Below are positions 1-12,719 of a stretch of 64,000 nt of DNA, piece after piece. Under the pieces are notes generated by a model. It was not told the origin of the DNA. It did not search any database and saw only the letters and a list, made by a program, of their open reading frames with translations. Source of the stretch: Malacoraja senta (taxonomy: Eukaryota). The stretch lies in contig CM075993.1 of NCBI GenBank assembly GCA_038087875.1, positions 6,760,001 to 6,824,000 of the forward strand, given 5' to 3'. How positions within the stretch are numbered: position 1 is the stretch's first letter; every line of letters begins with the position of its first letter. Made by a program: the position numbers and the translations under genes.

Positions 1-400
1 GGGGCAAGGCCAGCTTTGATGGTATTAAACAGGAACTTGCCCAAGTAGATTGGGGCAGGTTGCAAGCATTGACTGACATCTTGCATCTGTTATACGATGT
101 CCGAACACGCCGAATATTTCACTCGTATTATAAAACAGAGAAACTGTGATATTCCTGTATTTATCAACAAATTCATTTTTCCCTACAAAGTGTGATATGT
201 TTCACTATCAATATAAGTGATAAAATCTCAAATAAAGGACATTGAGATTCTAAAAAGAAGCAGAGTTCAGATTGGTAAGATTGGTACGAAGTGAAAGGAA
301 ACACACAAGGCTGTATGTTATGGTTATATCTGGACCGTACAAAACAGCTCAGCACAACTCACGTTTTGCCAAGAGCAAAAGTAGATGGGATATTGTACAG

Positions 401-616
401 GAAGGAACTGCAAATGCTGGTTTAAACCGAAGATGGACACAAGAAGCTGGAGAAACTCAGCGGGTCAGGTAGCATCTCCGGAGAAAAGGAATAGGTGACG
501 TTTCAGGTCTTCAGACAGTCTGAAGAAGGGTCTCGACCTGAAACGTCACCTATGCCTTTTTGCCAGAGATGCTGCCTGACCCGCTGAGTTACTCCAGCTT
601 CTTGTGTTTATCTTCG
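401..616. mobile_element. Penelope pLTR inverted (hairpin) element
   Basis: Left arm gaaggaactgca...gacgtttc is the reverse complement of right arm ctgaagaagggtctcgacctgaaacgtc...atcttcg. Confidence 0.8.
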
Positions 617-1159
617 ATGTAAATTCTCCCTTGTGTGTAAGATAGTGTAAGTGTGTGGGGATCGCTGTTGGCAGGGACTCGGTGGGCTGAATGGCCTGTT
701 TCCATGCTGTATCTCTAAACTGTACGTCTGACCTGCTGAATCACTCCAGCTTTTTGTGTCTCTCTATGGATGGGATATTGCCTGTAGATTCTCATCGCTC
801 ACAGGTCAGATATTAATATCGCAGCATTTACACATTGGTCTTGCCCTTTCATCTTCACCAGGTCAACAGGATCAGTCTGGTATCAGCCACCAAAATGGAT
901 GGTCGTTGGATGCCAGACAAATGCACGAACGTCACGCGCTTGAAGGCGGTAATTTGGCCTTTGAGTGAAGGAAGGTGGGCTTTGAATGTCCGATGTTTGG
1001 ACAATCGACCTCCACGTTAAAAATAGGTAACTGCTCAGGTTCCACCACCCTTAGGGGAAGAGAATACCCAAGAATCGCCATGTTCCTGAGGGGAAAGGTT
1101 TCACCCATCTGTCTCTAATGTGGGACCCCTATTTTGTAAGCAGTTGTAGATCGTAACCT

Positions 1160-1777
1160 GTGGAAAACGCCACAAGATTTGCCTATCTTGGCAGCATGTT
1201 CACAACAGATGGAGATGCAGAGGTCGACACAAACTCCCAAATTGGTAAAGTTGCATCAGTCTTCAGAAGAATGCAGCCAATATGGCGGGATATCCAAGAT
1301 GCTAAAAGTCAAACTCTTCCAATCCGTAGTCCTCCCAACAGCCCTCTACGCCAGTGAGACATGGAAAATCAATGTGAAGATGAAAAATAAATTGGATGCG
1401 TTCCAACAACGCTGTTTGAGGAAGATCCTGAAGACTAGCTACAGGGACCACATCACAAACGAGGAGATCTACGGGGAAACTGCAACAAGGCCTCTCAGCC
1501 AGGACATAGAGGGACACAGGATGAAATTTGCAGGGCATGTACTCAGAATGTCACCAGAACGTGCATCTAAGATAGCAAAGACATGGCAACCTGACGGAAG
1601 AAGGATAAGAGGCCGACCAAAACACACATGGAGGCGAACATTCCAGAAGGATTTGGAAGCCCGGGACACAAGCCTATCGAGGGTGGAAGACGTCACACAT
1701 GACCGAACAGAATGGCGAAAGCTTGCTGCCCAATGCACTCAACAGTGTGGGAGGAACTAAGTCTAAGTCTAAGTAAG
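1160..1777 (+). mobile_element. RTE-clade LINE, 5'-truncated, C-terminal ORF and tail
   Basis: FAYLGS...KLFQSVVLPTALYASETW...KFAGHVLRM...RGRPKHTWRR, with one frameshift near 1285; ends in (TAAGTC)n. Confidence 0.85.
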
Positions 1778-1906
1778 ATTCACCCACCAGAAAAAACATC
1801 TGCTCCAGACCCTCAAGACCTTCAATCAAGTCACCTCTCGCCCTTCTGAATTCCACCAGATGCAAGTCTACCTTTTATCACAAGTCAACCCTCCCATTCA
1901 ATACAT

Positions 1907-2110
1907 TGAAGATAGACACAAAATGCTGGAGTAACTCAGTGGGACAGACAGCATCTCTGGAGAGAAGGAACGGGTGATGTTTTGGGTCGAGACCCTTCTT
2001 CAGACCCGAAACGTCACCCATTACTCCTCTCCAGAGATGCTGCCTGTCCCGCTGAGTTACTCCAGCTTTTTGTGTCTATCTTCGGTCCATCTGCAGTTCC
2101 TTCCTACACA
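1907..2110. mobile_element. Penelope pLTR hairpin element
   Basis: gaagatagacacaaaatgctggag... inverted against ...ctccagctttttgtgtctatcttc. Confidence 0.8.
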
Positions 2111-2254
2111 TTCTAGCGAACCTTCTCTAATAAACAAAGTGCTGGAGGAAGTCAGTGGGTCAGGGTGGACAACATCTATGGTGGGAATGGACGGGTAATG
2201 TTTCAGGTTAGGACGCTTCTTCAGATCAGAAAGGTTCATTGCCTTCACAGATTT

Positions 2255-2660
2255 AGTTTAGTTTATTGTCACGTGTACTGAGGTACAGTGAAAAGCTTAT
2301 GTTGCGTGCTATCCAGTCAGTGGAAAGACTATACATGATTCCAATCGAGCCATTTACAGTGTACAGATACATGATAAACTAATGTTTAGTGCAAGATAAA
2401 ATCCAGTAATATCCGATTAAAGATAGTTTGAGGGTCTCCAATGAGGTAGATGGTAGCTCAGGACTGCTGTCAAGTTGCTGATAGGATGAAGAAGGGTTTC
2501 GGCCCGAAACGTTGCCTATTTCCTTCGCTCCATAGATGCTGCTGCATCCGCTGAGTTTCTCCAGCACTTTTGTCTACCTGCTGATAGGATGGTTCAGTTG
2601 CCTGATAACAGCCGGGAAGAAACTGTCCCTGAACCTGGAGGTCTGCGTTCCCACACTTCT
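2255..2660 (-). mobile_element. 3' end of a Rex1-like LINE derivative, interrupted by a Penelope pLTR (about 2486-2578)
   Basis: Family tail (gtttattgtcacgtgtac...cagtgaaaagc) recurs at about 6525, 7590, 14655, 26735, 54080 and 62932. tgctgataggatg is duplicated around the insertion. Confidence 0.6.
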
Positions 2661-3277
2661 GCCTGACCCTCTGAGTTCCTCCAGCACTTTGTTTTTGCTC
2701 AAGATTCCAACATCTGTAGTCCTTTGTGATCCCAAAGCTTCTGTAAACAAGCGTTGCGTATGTAGTCCAGATGTTGTCTCACCCATGCCCCCTTGAAGCT
2801 GATGCTCAATATCTCTCCTTTTAGACTCAACTCCACTACTAAAACGCATCTTTTTTTCCCAAATTGCTTGCTGTGCCTGTCTCTTGCCGATCACACACTG
2901 GGGCACTAGGAACACCCTGTACCCCAGAACGCAAAGGTTTCACCAGCCTGACAATGTCATAGGATCATAGAGCGAGAAAGCATGGAAATAGACTCTTCGG
3001 CCCAACACATCCATGCTAACCAAGTTGCATAACAGACTTGCCTAAGTCTGGCCCTTATTCCTCCAAACCTTTCCTATCCATGTATCTATCTAATTGTCTT
3101 TTAAATGTCATAATTGTACCCATCTCCACCACTTGTTCTGGCAGGGCGTTCCATATTCACACTATCCTCCTTTTCTGATCATCATTAGTTTGCATCTGTA
3201 ACAAAGTTTGACCCCTTAAAAGCTACCTTGACCACAGAACTCTACAGAACGCCTCTTGTACTACCATCGACTTTGTC

Positions 3278-3590
3278 TAGTTTTAGTTTAGAGATACAGC
3301 GTGGAAACAGGACCTTCGGCCCACCGAGCTCGCGCCGACAAGCGATCCCCGCACATTAACACTATCCTACACACACTGGGGATAAGTTACACTTAAACCA
3401 AGCCAATTAACCTACAAACCTGCACGTCTTTGGAGTGTGGGAGGAAACCGAAGGTCTCGGAGAAAACCCACGCAGGTCACGGGGAGAACGTACAAACTCC
3501 ATACAGACAGCACCCGTAGTGGGGATCGAACCTGGGACCCGGGTCTCTGACACTGTGAGGCAGCAACTCTGCTGCTGTGCCACCGTGCTG
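3278..3590 (-). mobile_element. HE1-type V-SINE, full length
   Basis: tRNA-like A/B-box head, V-domain (ggtttcctcccacactccaaagac), CR1-like tail, (aaact)n end. Confidence 0.85.
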
Positions 3591-4486
3591 TCCTGGTTCG
3601 GGTTTTATTTCTAAATGTGATTTGCACCAATGTCTTATTTTCCTTTACGGCCTTCGTTTAACCGTCTTATAGAATTCATGAACGTTTTACGATATGATGG
3701 AACTTTATTTATCCCAGCAGAGAAATTGATCTGCCAACAGTCATAAAACACTATGAGTATAAGTATAAGTTTAATTTATGTTGAAGGTAGACACAAAATG
3801 CTGGAGTAACTCAGCCAGACAGGCAGCATCTCTGGAGAGAAGGAATGGGTGACTTTTGCGGTCAAGACCCTTCTTCAGTCTGATTTATGTTTCTGTGTGT
3901 TATCTGAGTCTAGGGGCCTGTGATGCTGTTGCAAGCAAGATTTCCATTGTACCGGTTCCTCACCGCACATACTGTGTACATCCGCACATATATATACACC
4001 GCACTTGTGCTTGAATGATAAACTCGACTTGACTATTGGCCAACCATGGGCAACTGGGAATAACTTAGTCTAGTTTAGTTTAGTTTAGAGATACAGCGCG
4101 GAAACAGGCCCTTCGGCCCACCGAGTCTGCGCCAACCAGCGATCCCCGCACATTAACACTATCCTACGAACACTAGGGACAATTTACACTTATACCAAGC
4201 CAATTAACTGCCAAACCTGTACATCTTACATACTACATTAGTATACTATGCTTCTGTGCCTTATCCATGCCCCTCATCATTTTACATACTACATGAGTAT
4301 ACCTCATTAGAGCATTGTGACATGGTAGTGGGATCATTTTATAGGCTACATTAGAAACTACATGAAGATAGACACAAAGAGCTGGCGTAACTCAGCGGGA
4401 CAGGCAGCATCTTAGGGGAGAAGGAATGGGAGACTTTTCGGGTCGAGACCCTTCTTCAGACACTACATTACAGAAACTACATTACA

Positions 4487-4850
4487 AGATTGATAAGGGT
4501 TTGGACACGCTAGAGGCAGGAAACATGTTCCCGATGTTGTGGGAGTCCAGAACCAGGGGCCACAGTTTAAGAATAAGGAGTAAGCCATTTAGAACGGAGA
4601 CAAGGAAACACTTTTTCTCACAGAGAGTGGTGAGTGTGGAATTCTCTGCCTCAGAGGGCGGTGGAGGCAGGTTCTCTGGATGCTTTCAAGAGAGAGCTAG
4701 ATAGGGCTCTTACAAATAGCGGAGTCAGGGGATATGGGGAGAAGGCAGGAACGGGGTACTGATTGGGGATGATCAGCCATGATCACATTGAATGGCGGTG
4801 CTGGCTCGATGGGCTGAATGGCCTATTCCTGCACCTATTGTCTATTGTCT
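4487..4850 (+). mobile_element. CR1/HER1 LINE 3' fragment
   Basis: KGLDTLEAGNMFPM...RTRGHSLRIR; 3'UTR ending (ctattgt)n. Confidence 0.85.
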
Positions 4851-4976
4851 ATTACACCTGTATTAACCAGCAAAGCACATGCCAATGGTTTGCTAGTGTG
4901 GAATGTAGACCAGCCTCAAGGGGCCGAAAGGCCTCCACCTGTTCCCAGATCCCTGAAGCCACTGCCCACATCTCAC

Positions 4977-5113
4977 CTGTTCTCAGGCCGCACGTTGAGG
5001 AAATAGCTCCGGCTGGATTCTCCCCGGACAGGCGGCTCATTGTCCCCGTTGGTGTCGAGGGATGGGTAGCGGCCGTTGGCTGAATAAGACCGGATAATCC
5101 GCTTGGAACTCAT
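4977..5113 (-). CDS. alpk3: First coding exon of alpha-protein kinase 3 (MSSKRIIRSYSANGRYPSLDTNGDNEPPVRGESSRSYFLNVRPEN+AG); rest of gene lies left of the window
   Basis: ATG at 5113, 137 nt (45 codons + 2), canonical donor AG|GTGAGA at 4977/4976. Peptide resembles recalled vertebrate ALPK3 N-termini (RSYSANGR; SRSYLLSVRPE / SRNYLSNVRPENR). Confidence 0.85.
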
Positions 5114-5965
5114 TCTCCTTGCTTGCCTCTGTGCAAACCCCCCCCTCGAATCCTCGACCGCCACAGATCCCTCAATCCAGACTCCCGAGGAAATTAAAAT
5201 CCCAAAGAAACGCCCGGACAAAACCAGCCACAAATCCTCTCGGTTTGATGTGAAGATCACCAGCTATTGGGAGAAATTTAAACAGGAGTTTAACATTAAT
5301 ACAAATCACCAAAGAACCATTTCCAAGAAATGTCTGTCCACTTAACATTGGCATTTTAAAACTTTTCCTTTACATTTCCTCAAATTAAATTGCTAACTAT
5401 TGCAATCACCAGAAAGTTTTTTTAAATTTTTTTTATAAAGTATTGGAAGCATAAAACCTACCGAGAGATCGAAAGTTATAATGGGGCTGGTGTTCAGAGT
5501 TTAAAAATAGATCCAGACAGTTTCATGGGCGTACAGAGAAAAGTGTACGTCCCATGGACAACTTTACAGGCAGCAGAACTGTGCTTGACAAAGGTTCTCT
5601 AACGTGAGAAATAATAACTGCAATACAATAGAAACGACTTTTGTACTCACTATTCCGCCTGCTCGGAGATTTGTCTTAGTGTCAATACCCCAGTGACTGC
5701 ACCTGTCAGCCAGCTCCCTCCCCTCTCCCTATTTAAGATACTATTTAAAGAACCGTGCAGTCTGAAAATACGAACGGCACTTTCCAGAAGTCTGTTTCTT
5801 CCTGAAGCCTTTGTGAGAACAAATAACATCGGGGCTGTGGGAATAATATTTGGAGGTGGGGAGTTGCTGGAGAGGTTGTTTTTTTAGGTGGGGGGGGGGG
5901 GGTTGTTGCTGGTCGGGATTTGCTGACCGACTAGCGTGCCCCTTGTCGACTGAGACGCGGTGCCA

Positions 5966-5999
<34 letters not shown>

Positions 6000-6130
6000 G
6001 CCAAGAGTTCGGGACTCGATCAACTCAGCCAGAGCCATCAATCAGCAGACCTGCAGCAGCTGCCCCTCGAGAAACAATGCGATTTACAGTAAACATGCCA
6101 TTTCACCGCAGGGCTCAATAGAGGGGGGAG
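5114..6130 (-). promoter_or_regulatory. Putative alpk3 5'UTR and promoter
   Basis: About 1 kb free of interspersed repeats directly upstream of the ATG. MEF2-type TTAAAAATAG at 5501-5510, two TATA/MEF2-like CTATTTAA elements at about 5729-5750, and a (CA)n tract at about 5967-5997. Confidence 0.5.
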
Positions 6131-6600
6131 AGGAATGTGTGCAACTTACAGCGTGGAAACAGGCCCTTCGGCCCGCCGAGTCCATGCCAACCAGCGACCC
6201 CCGCACGTTAACACTATCCTACACACACACCAGGAGGGACAATTTAAACTTACACCAAGCTAATAAACCTACAAACCTGTACGTCTTTGGACTTGATAGG
6301 GTAATGAGAGCACACCACTGGATCGTCCAGATGTTGATCTAATCTTCATGTGGGGTTATGGGGAGAAGGCAGGAGAATGGGGTTAGGAGGGAGAGATTGG
6401 ATGGTGGCGTAGACTTGAAGGACCGAATGGCCTAATTCTGCTCCTATCACTTATGAACACAAGACCCATAAGGTTCAAGAACAGGACACAAGGCTGTTTA
6501 AACTTGCCACGCCATTCATTGGTTCAGTTTAATTTACTGTCACGTGTACCGCGGTACAGTGAAAAGCGTTTGTTGCGTGCTAACCAGTCAGCGGAAAGAA

Positions 6601-6912
6601 AGGGCAGCACGGTGGCGCAGCGGTAGAGTTGCTGCCTTACAGCGCCGGTGATCCGGGTTCAATCCTGACTACGGGCGCCGTCTGTACGGAGTTTGTACGT
6701 TCTCCCCGTGACCCACGTTGGTTTTCTCCGAGATTTTCAGTTTCCTCCCACACTCCAAAGACGTGCAGGGTTGTAGGTTAATTGGCTTGGTATAAATGTA
6801 AAATTGTCCCTAGTGTGTGTAGGATGGTGTTAATGTGCAGGGATCGCTGGGTGGCGCGCGGACTCGGTGGGCCGAAGGGCCTGCTCCCACGCTGTATCTC
6901 TAAACTAAAAAA
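6601..6912 (+). mobile_element. HE1-type V-SINE, full length (representative of about 30 copies or fragments)
   Basis: ggcagcacggtggcgcagcggtag (A box)...gggttcaatcc (B box)...V-domain...gggccgaagggcctg...ctaaact. Other copies near 13151, 15808, 17042, 19120, 20715, 22302, 22755, 25077, 26168, 31603, 34005, 34928, 36700, 38583, 39527, 41642, 43800, 55100, 57330, 62370 and 63275. Confidence 0.9.
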
Positions 6913-8414
6913 CAATGCATGATCACCATCGAACCATTCACATTCATTAAGATCATGGCTGATGCTCGACCTCAGAACCATGATCCGGTGCCATTTCTAT
7001 AGTCCTGATTCCTCCAACATACACAATGATGGCCTGGGTGTAAATGTAGATGGATTGGTATATGGTTGCTGACAACACTATAATTGCAGACAGTGAGGAA
7101 GGCGGAAGATACAGATACAAAGGGGCAGAGGAATGGCAGATGGAGTTTAACTCGAGCAAGTGTGAGGATTTGGTAGGTTGAATGTAAGGGGAAAGTATAC
7201 ATAGAAACAGGTGCAGGAGTAGGCCATTCGGCCCTTCGAGCCAGCACCACCAATCAATACGATCATGGCTGATCATCCAGAATCAGTACCCCATTCCTGC
7301 TTTCTCGAGGGTTCTGAATGCCCAACTTCACCACTAGGTGCCGCTACAGCATCAGGTTCAGCATAAACATTGTGGGCCGAAGGGCCTGTTCCTGTGCTGT
7401 ACTGTTCTACGTTCCAATGACTATTCATACTCTGGCTTAGAGTCACTATCCCCCATGTGAAAAAGTACACCTTGGTCCCAAATGGCCCTCACCCCACTCT
7501 GTATCTATCTCAGACTGTAACCCTGGTACCAAAGTCCTCTGTATTTTCAATTTAGTCACAGATGCCAATTGTAATCACCAGAATAGTTCAGGATTAGGTT
7601 TATTATTGACACGTGTACCGAGCTGCAGTGAAAAGCTTTGTTTTGCATGCTGTCCAAACAAATCAATACCATACATAAATACAATCGAGTCAAACTCAAG
7701 AACAGTAGATAGAGCAAACCAGAAGTGAGATAGTGTAGAATATAGTTCTCAGCATTGTAGCGCATCAGTTCCATAGACAAAGTCCAATGTCCGCAATGGG
7801 GTAGAGGTGAATCGGACAGTACCCTAGCTTATGGAAGGACCGTTCAGAAGCCTAATAACAGAGGGGAGGAAGCTACTTAATTTTGTTTCGAGATACAGCG
7901 TGCAAGCAGGCCTTTCAGCATACCAAGTCCATGCCGACCGGCAATCTCCCGTACACTAATTCTATCCTGCACTTGGGACAATTTACAGAAGCCAATTGAC
8001 CTACAAACGCGCACGTCTTTGGAATGTGGAATTTTGGAAATTGAATATAGCTGTAGACATAAAAAGCTGGGGTAACTCAGCGGGTCAGGCAGCATCTCTG
8101 GAGACAAAGAATAGGTGACCTTTCGGATCGAGACCCTTCTTCAGACTGAGACTCAGGGGAGAGGGGGAAACGGGAGATATGGAAGGGGACACAGAACAAA
8201 GGAATAAACGACATGCAAAAGGACAAATCGAAGCCAGCAACGATGATCAAAGAAAAGTGGAGCCCACAATGGGCCATTGTTGGCTGTGGAGAAGTTGATA
8301 ATGAGTAAATGCATAGTGAGAGGACAGTGAAACTAGGGTAACCAGGGTGGGGGAGGGACAGAGGGAGAGAGGGGATGCAAGGGTTACTTGAAGTTAGAGA
8401 AATTAATATTCATA

Positions 8415-9035
8415 CTAGAAACATAGAAAATAAGTGCAGGAGTAGGCCATTCGTCACCAAGCCAGCACCGCCATTCAATTTGATCATGGCCGATCATCCA
8501 GAATCTGTATCCCGTTTCTGCTTTCTCCCCATATCCCCTGATTCCATCAGCCTTAAGAGCTCTATCCAACTCTCTCTTGAATACATCCAGTGAATTGGCC
8601 TCCACTACCTTCCACAATGAGAGAATTCCACAGATTCACAACTCTCTGGGTGAAAAAGTTTTTCCTCATCTCAGTCCTAACTGGCCCTTATTCTTAAACT
8701 GTGACCCCTGGTTCTGGACTCCCCCAACACCGGGAACATTTTTCTTGATTCTAGTTTGTCCAATCCCTTAATAATTTTATATATTTCTATAAGAACCCCT
8801 CTCATCCTTCTAAATTCCAGTGAATGTAAGCCCAGTTGACCCATTCTTTCATCATATGTCAGTCCCGCCCTGCTGGGAATTAACCTGGTGAACCTACGCT
8901 GCACTCCCTCAATAGCAAGAATGTCCTTCCTCAAATTAGGAGACCAAAACTGCACACAACACTCCAGGTGTGGTCTCACCAGGGCCCTGTACAACTGCAG
9001 TCGGACCTCCTTGCTCCTATGCTCAACTCCTCTTG
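8415..9035 (-). mobile_element. CR1/HER1 LINE 3' fragment
   Basis: LYRALVRPHLECCVQFWSP...VQRRFTRLIP...RTRGHSLRIR. Confidence 0.9.
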
Positions 9036-9439
9036 CTACTAGTGAGTTGTAAGCTAGCCAAGCGAAATATGAGGTGCTGTTCCACCAACTTGCGCTGGGC
9101 CCCACTGACAGTGGATGAGGCCCAGGACAGAAAGGTCAGTGTGGGAATGGGAGGGGGAGTTAAAGTGTTTGGCAACTGGGAGATTGCATAGCTACAGAAT
9201 ATAGTTAATCCTGCGTTTGGCCTCTATCCTTCCAAACCTTTCCCATCCAAGTACCTGCCTACATTTATTTTAAATGTTTCATACACGCACCATCCTCTGC
9301 ATGAAGAAATCGCCCCTCGGGTCTCTTTTAAATCTTTTCTCCTCTCCCCTGAAACCTATCCACTCTCATCTGGACTTCTCTGTCTTGGGAAAATGGCCAC
9401 AACCAATAACCTTTTTGATGTCTCTTTTCAACACTGGTT

Positions 9440-9862
9440 CGCAATAACCAACTCCCGGTAGCCAAGCACTTCAACTCCCCCTCCCATTCCGAATCCGACC
9501 TTTCTATCCTGGGCCTCCTCTATGGCCAGAGTGAGTCCCACCACAAATTGGAGGAGCAGCTCCTCATATTTCGCTTGGGTAGTTTACACCCTAGCGGTAT
9601 GAACATTGACCTCCAATTTCAGGTAGTCCTTGCTTTCTCCCTCCTTCCCCTCCCCTTCCCAGCTCTCCCACAGCCCACTGTCTCCATCTCTTCCTTTCTT
9701 CTTCCCGCCCCCCTCCCCCCTCATCTCCACATCAGTCTGAAGAAGGGTCTGGACCTGAAACGTCACCTATTCCTTTGCTCCATAGATGCTGCCTCACCCG
9801 CTGAGTTTCTCCAGCATTTTTGTCTACCTTCGATTTTTCCAGCATCTACAGTTCTTTCTTAA
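9440..9862 (+). mobile_element. Penelope-like element 3' fragment (GIY-YIG C-terminus plus pLTR)
   Basis: PVAKHFNSPSH...KLEEQLLIFRLGSLHPSGMNID followed by ctgaagaagggtctggacctgaaacgtc. Confidence 0.85.
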
Positions 9863-9904
9863 ACTTTTCTATGCCTCTCGTGATGTTGTATCCCTCTATA
9901 AATC

Positions 9905-10310
9905 CATCCCCAAGCTGGCTTGGACATGTACGCAGGATGGAAAATGGACACATGCCCAACGAGTTGCTACATGGGGGAGGTCGCCAATACACGAAGGCCC
10001 AGAGGAAGAACAAAGCTTCGCTACAAGGAGAAGATTAAAAAAGATACCACAAACTTTAATATCGCTGCTCACAACTGGGATGCGGCTGGTGGGGACCGGA
10101 GGAGGTGGAGAAGGGACCTCCAGGCGGGTATGAAGCACCGTGACAGCATGTTGGTTCAAGACCCGGGAGGCCAAGCGCCAACGCCACAAAATGGTCGACC
10201 GCAACATCGATCCCACGGCCAGCGATAACTTCACCTGTGGGAGCTGTGGAAGGGTCTACCTCTCCAGGACAGGCCTAGTCAGCACAGGAGATGCAGCCAC
10301 AGATGAACCA
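9905..10310 (+). mobile_element. RTE-clade LINE 3' fragment, degraded
   Basis: WLGHVRRMENGHMPNELL / RRPRGRTKLRYKE, then a terminal CGSCGRVY Zn-finger-like segment. Confidence 0.7.
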
Positions 10311-11080
10311 TGACCCTTGCCAGCTTTCCCCTTCCACATGCCAGCTCTTGCCCATCCCATACCCTCATGAGTCTCTCTCTCTCTCCATCTCTCCCTCCTC
10401 CCTCTCCCTCCCTCTCCCCACCTTCTCTCTCCCTCTCCCTCTCCCCCTCTTTCTCTCCCTCTCCCTCTCTCTCCCTCTCTCTCCCTTGCCCTCCCTCTCC
10501 ATCTCCATCCCCCTTCTCTCGCTCTTTCCCAGCTTTCTCCCCTCTACTCCATCGGTCTGAAGATGGGGTCTTGACCTGAAGCCTTGTCTGTCCATTCCCT
10601 CCACAGAAGCTGTCTGACCCGCTGAGTTCCTCCAGTGTCTTGCTTTTTGTCCAAGATCATGTGGGGCTGGAGGTGGGAGGGATCCTGCCAATCCTAGCCA
10701 GGGTCTCAGTCCCATTGGAGTCTCCTACCTCTAGATTCCCTCTCCCCTGACTCTCGGCCCGAAGAAGGGTCTCGACCCGAAACATCACCCATTCCTTCTC
10801 TCCAGCCTGTCCTGCTGAGTTACTCCAGCATTTTGTATCTATCTTTGGTCTTTAGTTGAGGTTCATCCTAAGCAGCCTGCTTAGTGGAGTTAAAATAGTT
10901 AGCAACTGGGAATTCCAGCAGATCGTAGAGTGTTTGGTGTAATGGTCACGTAGTCTACGCTTGGTCTTGCCGATGTACTGGAGGCTACAATATAAAGTTG
11001 CCCATTGTACAACACTACACCAGATTTTGTGAATGGAATATAACTTGGAGAAATACTCACCTTCTCTGGTGGAGCAGGGA

Positions 11081-11100
11081 CTGCCACTAGGGGGCGGCTC
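11081..11100 (+). promoter_or_regulatory. CTCF-like motif
   Basis: ctgCCACTAGGGGGCGgctc matches the CTCF core CCASYAGRKGGCR. Confidence 0.5.
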
Positions 11101-11703
11101 CGTGGCACAGCTAGTAGAGGCGCTCCCTCACAGTTGCCTGTTGACCCAGGTTCGATCCTGACCTCGGACGCTGTCCATGTGGAGTTAGCACATCCTCCCT
11201 GTGGCCGTGAAGGTTTCCCCTGGGTGCTCCGGTTCCTCCCATCCCCCCCCCCTCGCTGCTCACCAAAAAACTTGCGGGATGGTAAATTAATTAGGGAATT
11301 CATGGCGTGCACGTGAGTGGTAGAATCTGACGAAAGTTGATGGGAATGTGGGGAGAATAAAATTGGGTTAGTATAAATGGATGGGATGAAGGGCCTGTTT
11401 CCTTGCTGCTGCCTTTATGACTTAGTGATCACTCTAGTTTTAGAATCCTCTGCGCAGGAGATAAGCCTGCGTTTGTTCGTTCGTCCGTTCCGGTTAAAGC
11501 GCTGTGCACACGGCAGCCAGCTAACAGTCGCTTGACATTTTTTTTTTTTCACTTTTAATTTCATTTTTATTTCAATTTTTCGTGTACCTTGTTGTGTGTT
11601 GTGACTGTCGGCAGCCCAATTTCCCGCCAGGGATGAATAAAGTTCTATCGTATGGTTTCGTATATAAATACAACATCATGAGCCACTGTTCCGAGAATCG
11701 TTA

Positions 11704-12719
11704 TGGGCCTGTCCCACTTAGGCAACTTTTTAGGCGACTGCAGGAGACTATGCAGTCGCCACATGGTCGCCACATGTTCGCGGGTGGTTGCCGAGGAGTT
11801 GCCTTCATGGTCGTGAGGAGTTCCCGCATTCTGGGAACTGGTCGCGGCCTCATTATGGTCCCCGTGAATTTTTCAACATGTTGAAAAATTAGCGGCGACT
11901 GGAATGAAGCCGCCATGGAGAGTAGCGAGAATTCTCGAGCCGTGGGCGGGTCGCAAGGAGGTCCTAGTGGGTCGCCAGGAGGTCGAAGGTTCTCTTAGGT
12001 TCTTGTAGATTGTAGCCGGTGCTGACCGGTGAATTTCATTGGCTCATTGGGGAAAAAAAAAACGTAAGCAGTAGTTTTCAGAACCAAGGATAACCGACCG
12101 GTAATGTTAAATGTCCGCCGAGCTTCACAGCCGTGTATCTCTGGCTTCTTAAAAGTTGGCTCCACTCCTTCTCCCTCGTTCTCCCCTCCCCCTCTTCCCC
12201 CCCTTCTTCCCCCCCCTTCTCCATCCCTCCCCTTCTCCCCCCCTCTTCCCCCCTTCTCCATCCCCTCCCTCTCCCCCCCTCCCCCACCCTCTCCCCCCCT
12301 CCCCCCTCTATTACCCCCCTCTTCCCCCCTCTTCCCCCCCTCTCCCCCCCTCTATTACCCCCCCTCTCACCCCCTTCTCTCCCCCCTTCTCTCCCCCCTT
12401 CTCCCCCCTTCTCCCCCCCTCTTTTAAAGGACACCGTACACTGTGCTAGCCGTCTTAATTACAGCGCCAACCTTCCTGTTCATCACAGTGTGTGTCTGTA
12501 CCACCTTGGCTTTGCACCGTGTGAATTTCACTCAGACCGCGCTCCCCCGCTTGCCCTGTCCCCCGCCTGCATAACGGGCTGGTGAAGGAAGCGATGTGTG
12601 TGTGTGTGTGTGTTCCACTCTGACAGTCGCCGTTCCAGTTGCCAGTTTTTCAGGCGACGGCCGGATACTTGACAGTCGCCGGCAGTCCGCTGAAAAATCG
12701 CCTAAGTGGGACAGGCCCA
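11704..12719. mobile_element. Non-autonomous DNA transposon (PIF/Harbinger-like), TIR TGGGCCTGTCCCACTTAGGC, TSD TTA
   Basis: 20-bp perfect TIR, TTA on both flanks, internal C-rich tract at about 12165-12425, palindrome at 11867-11890. Confidence 0.8.

Noticed and set aside
6601..6675. tRNA-like sequences at SINE heads
   Set aside because: A/B boxes belong to HE1 SINEs; no complete cloverleaf or Pol III terminator.
11995..12585. Pro/Gly-rich ORFs (also 10291-10715, 23205-23896, 29403-30068, 52511-54100)
   Set aside because: Translations of low-complexity tracts.
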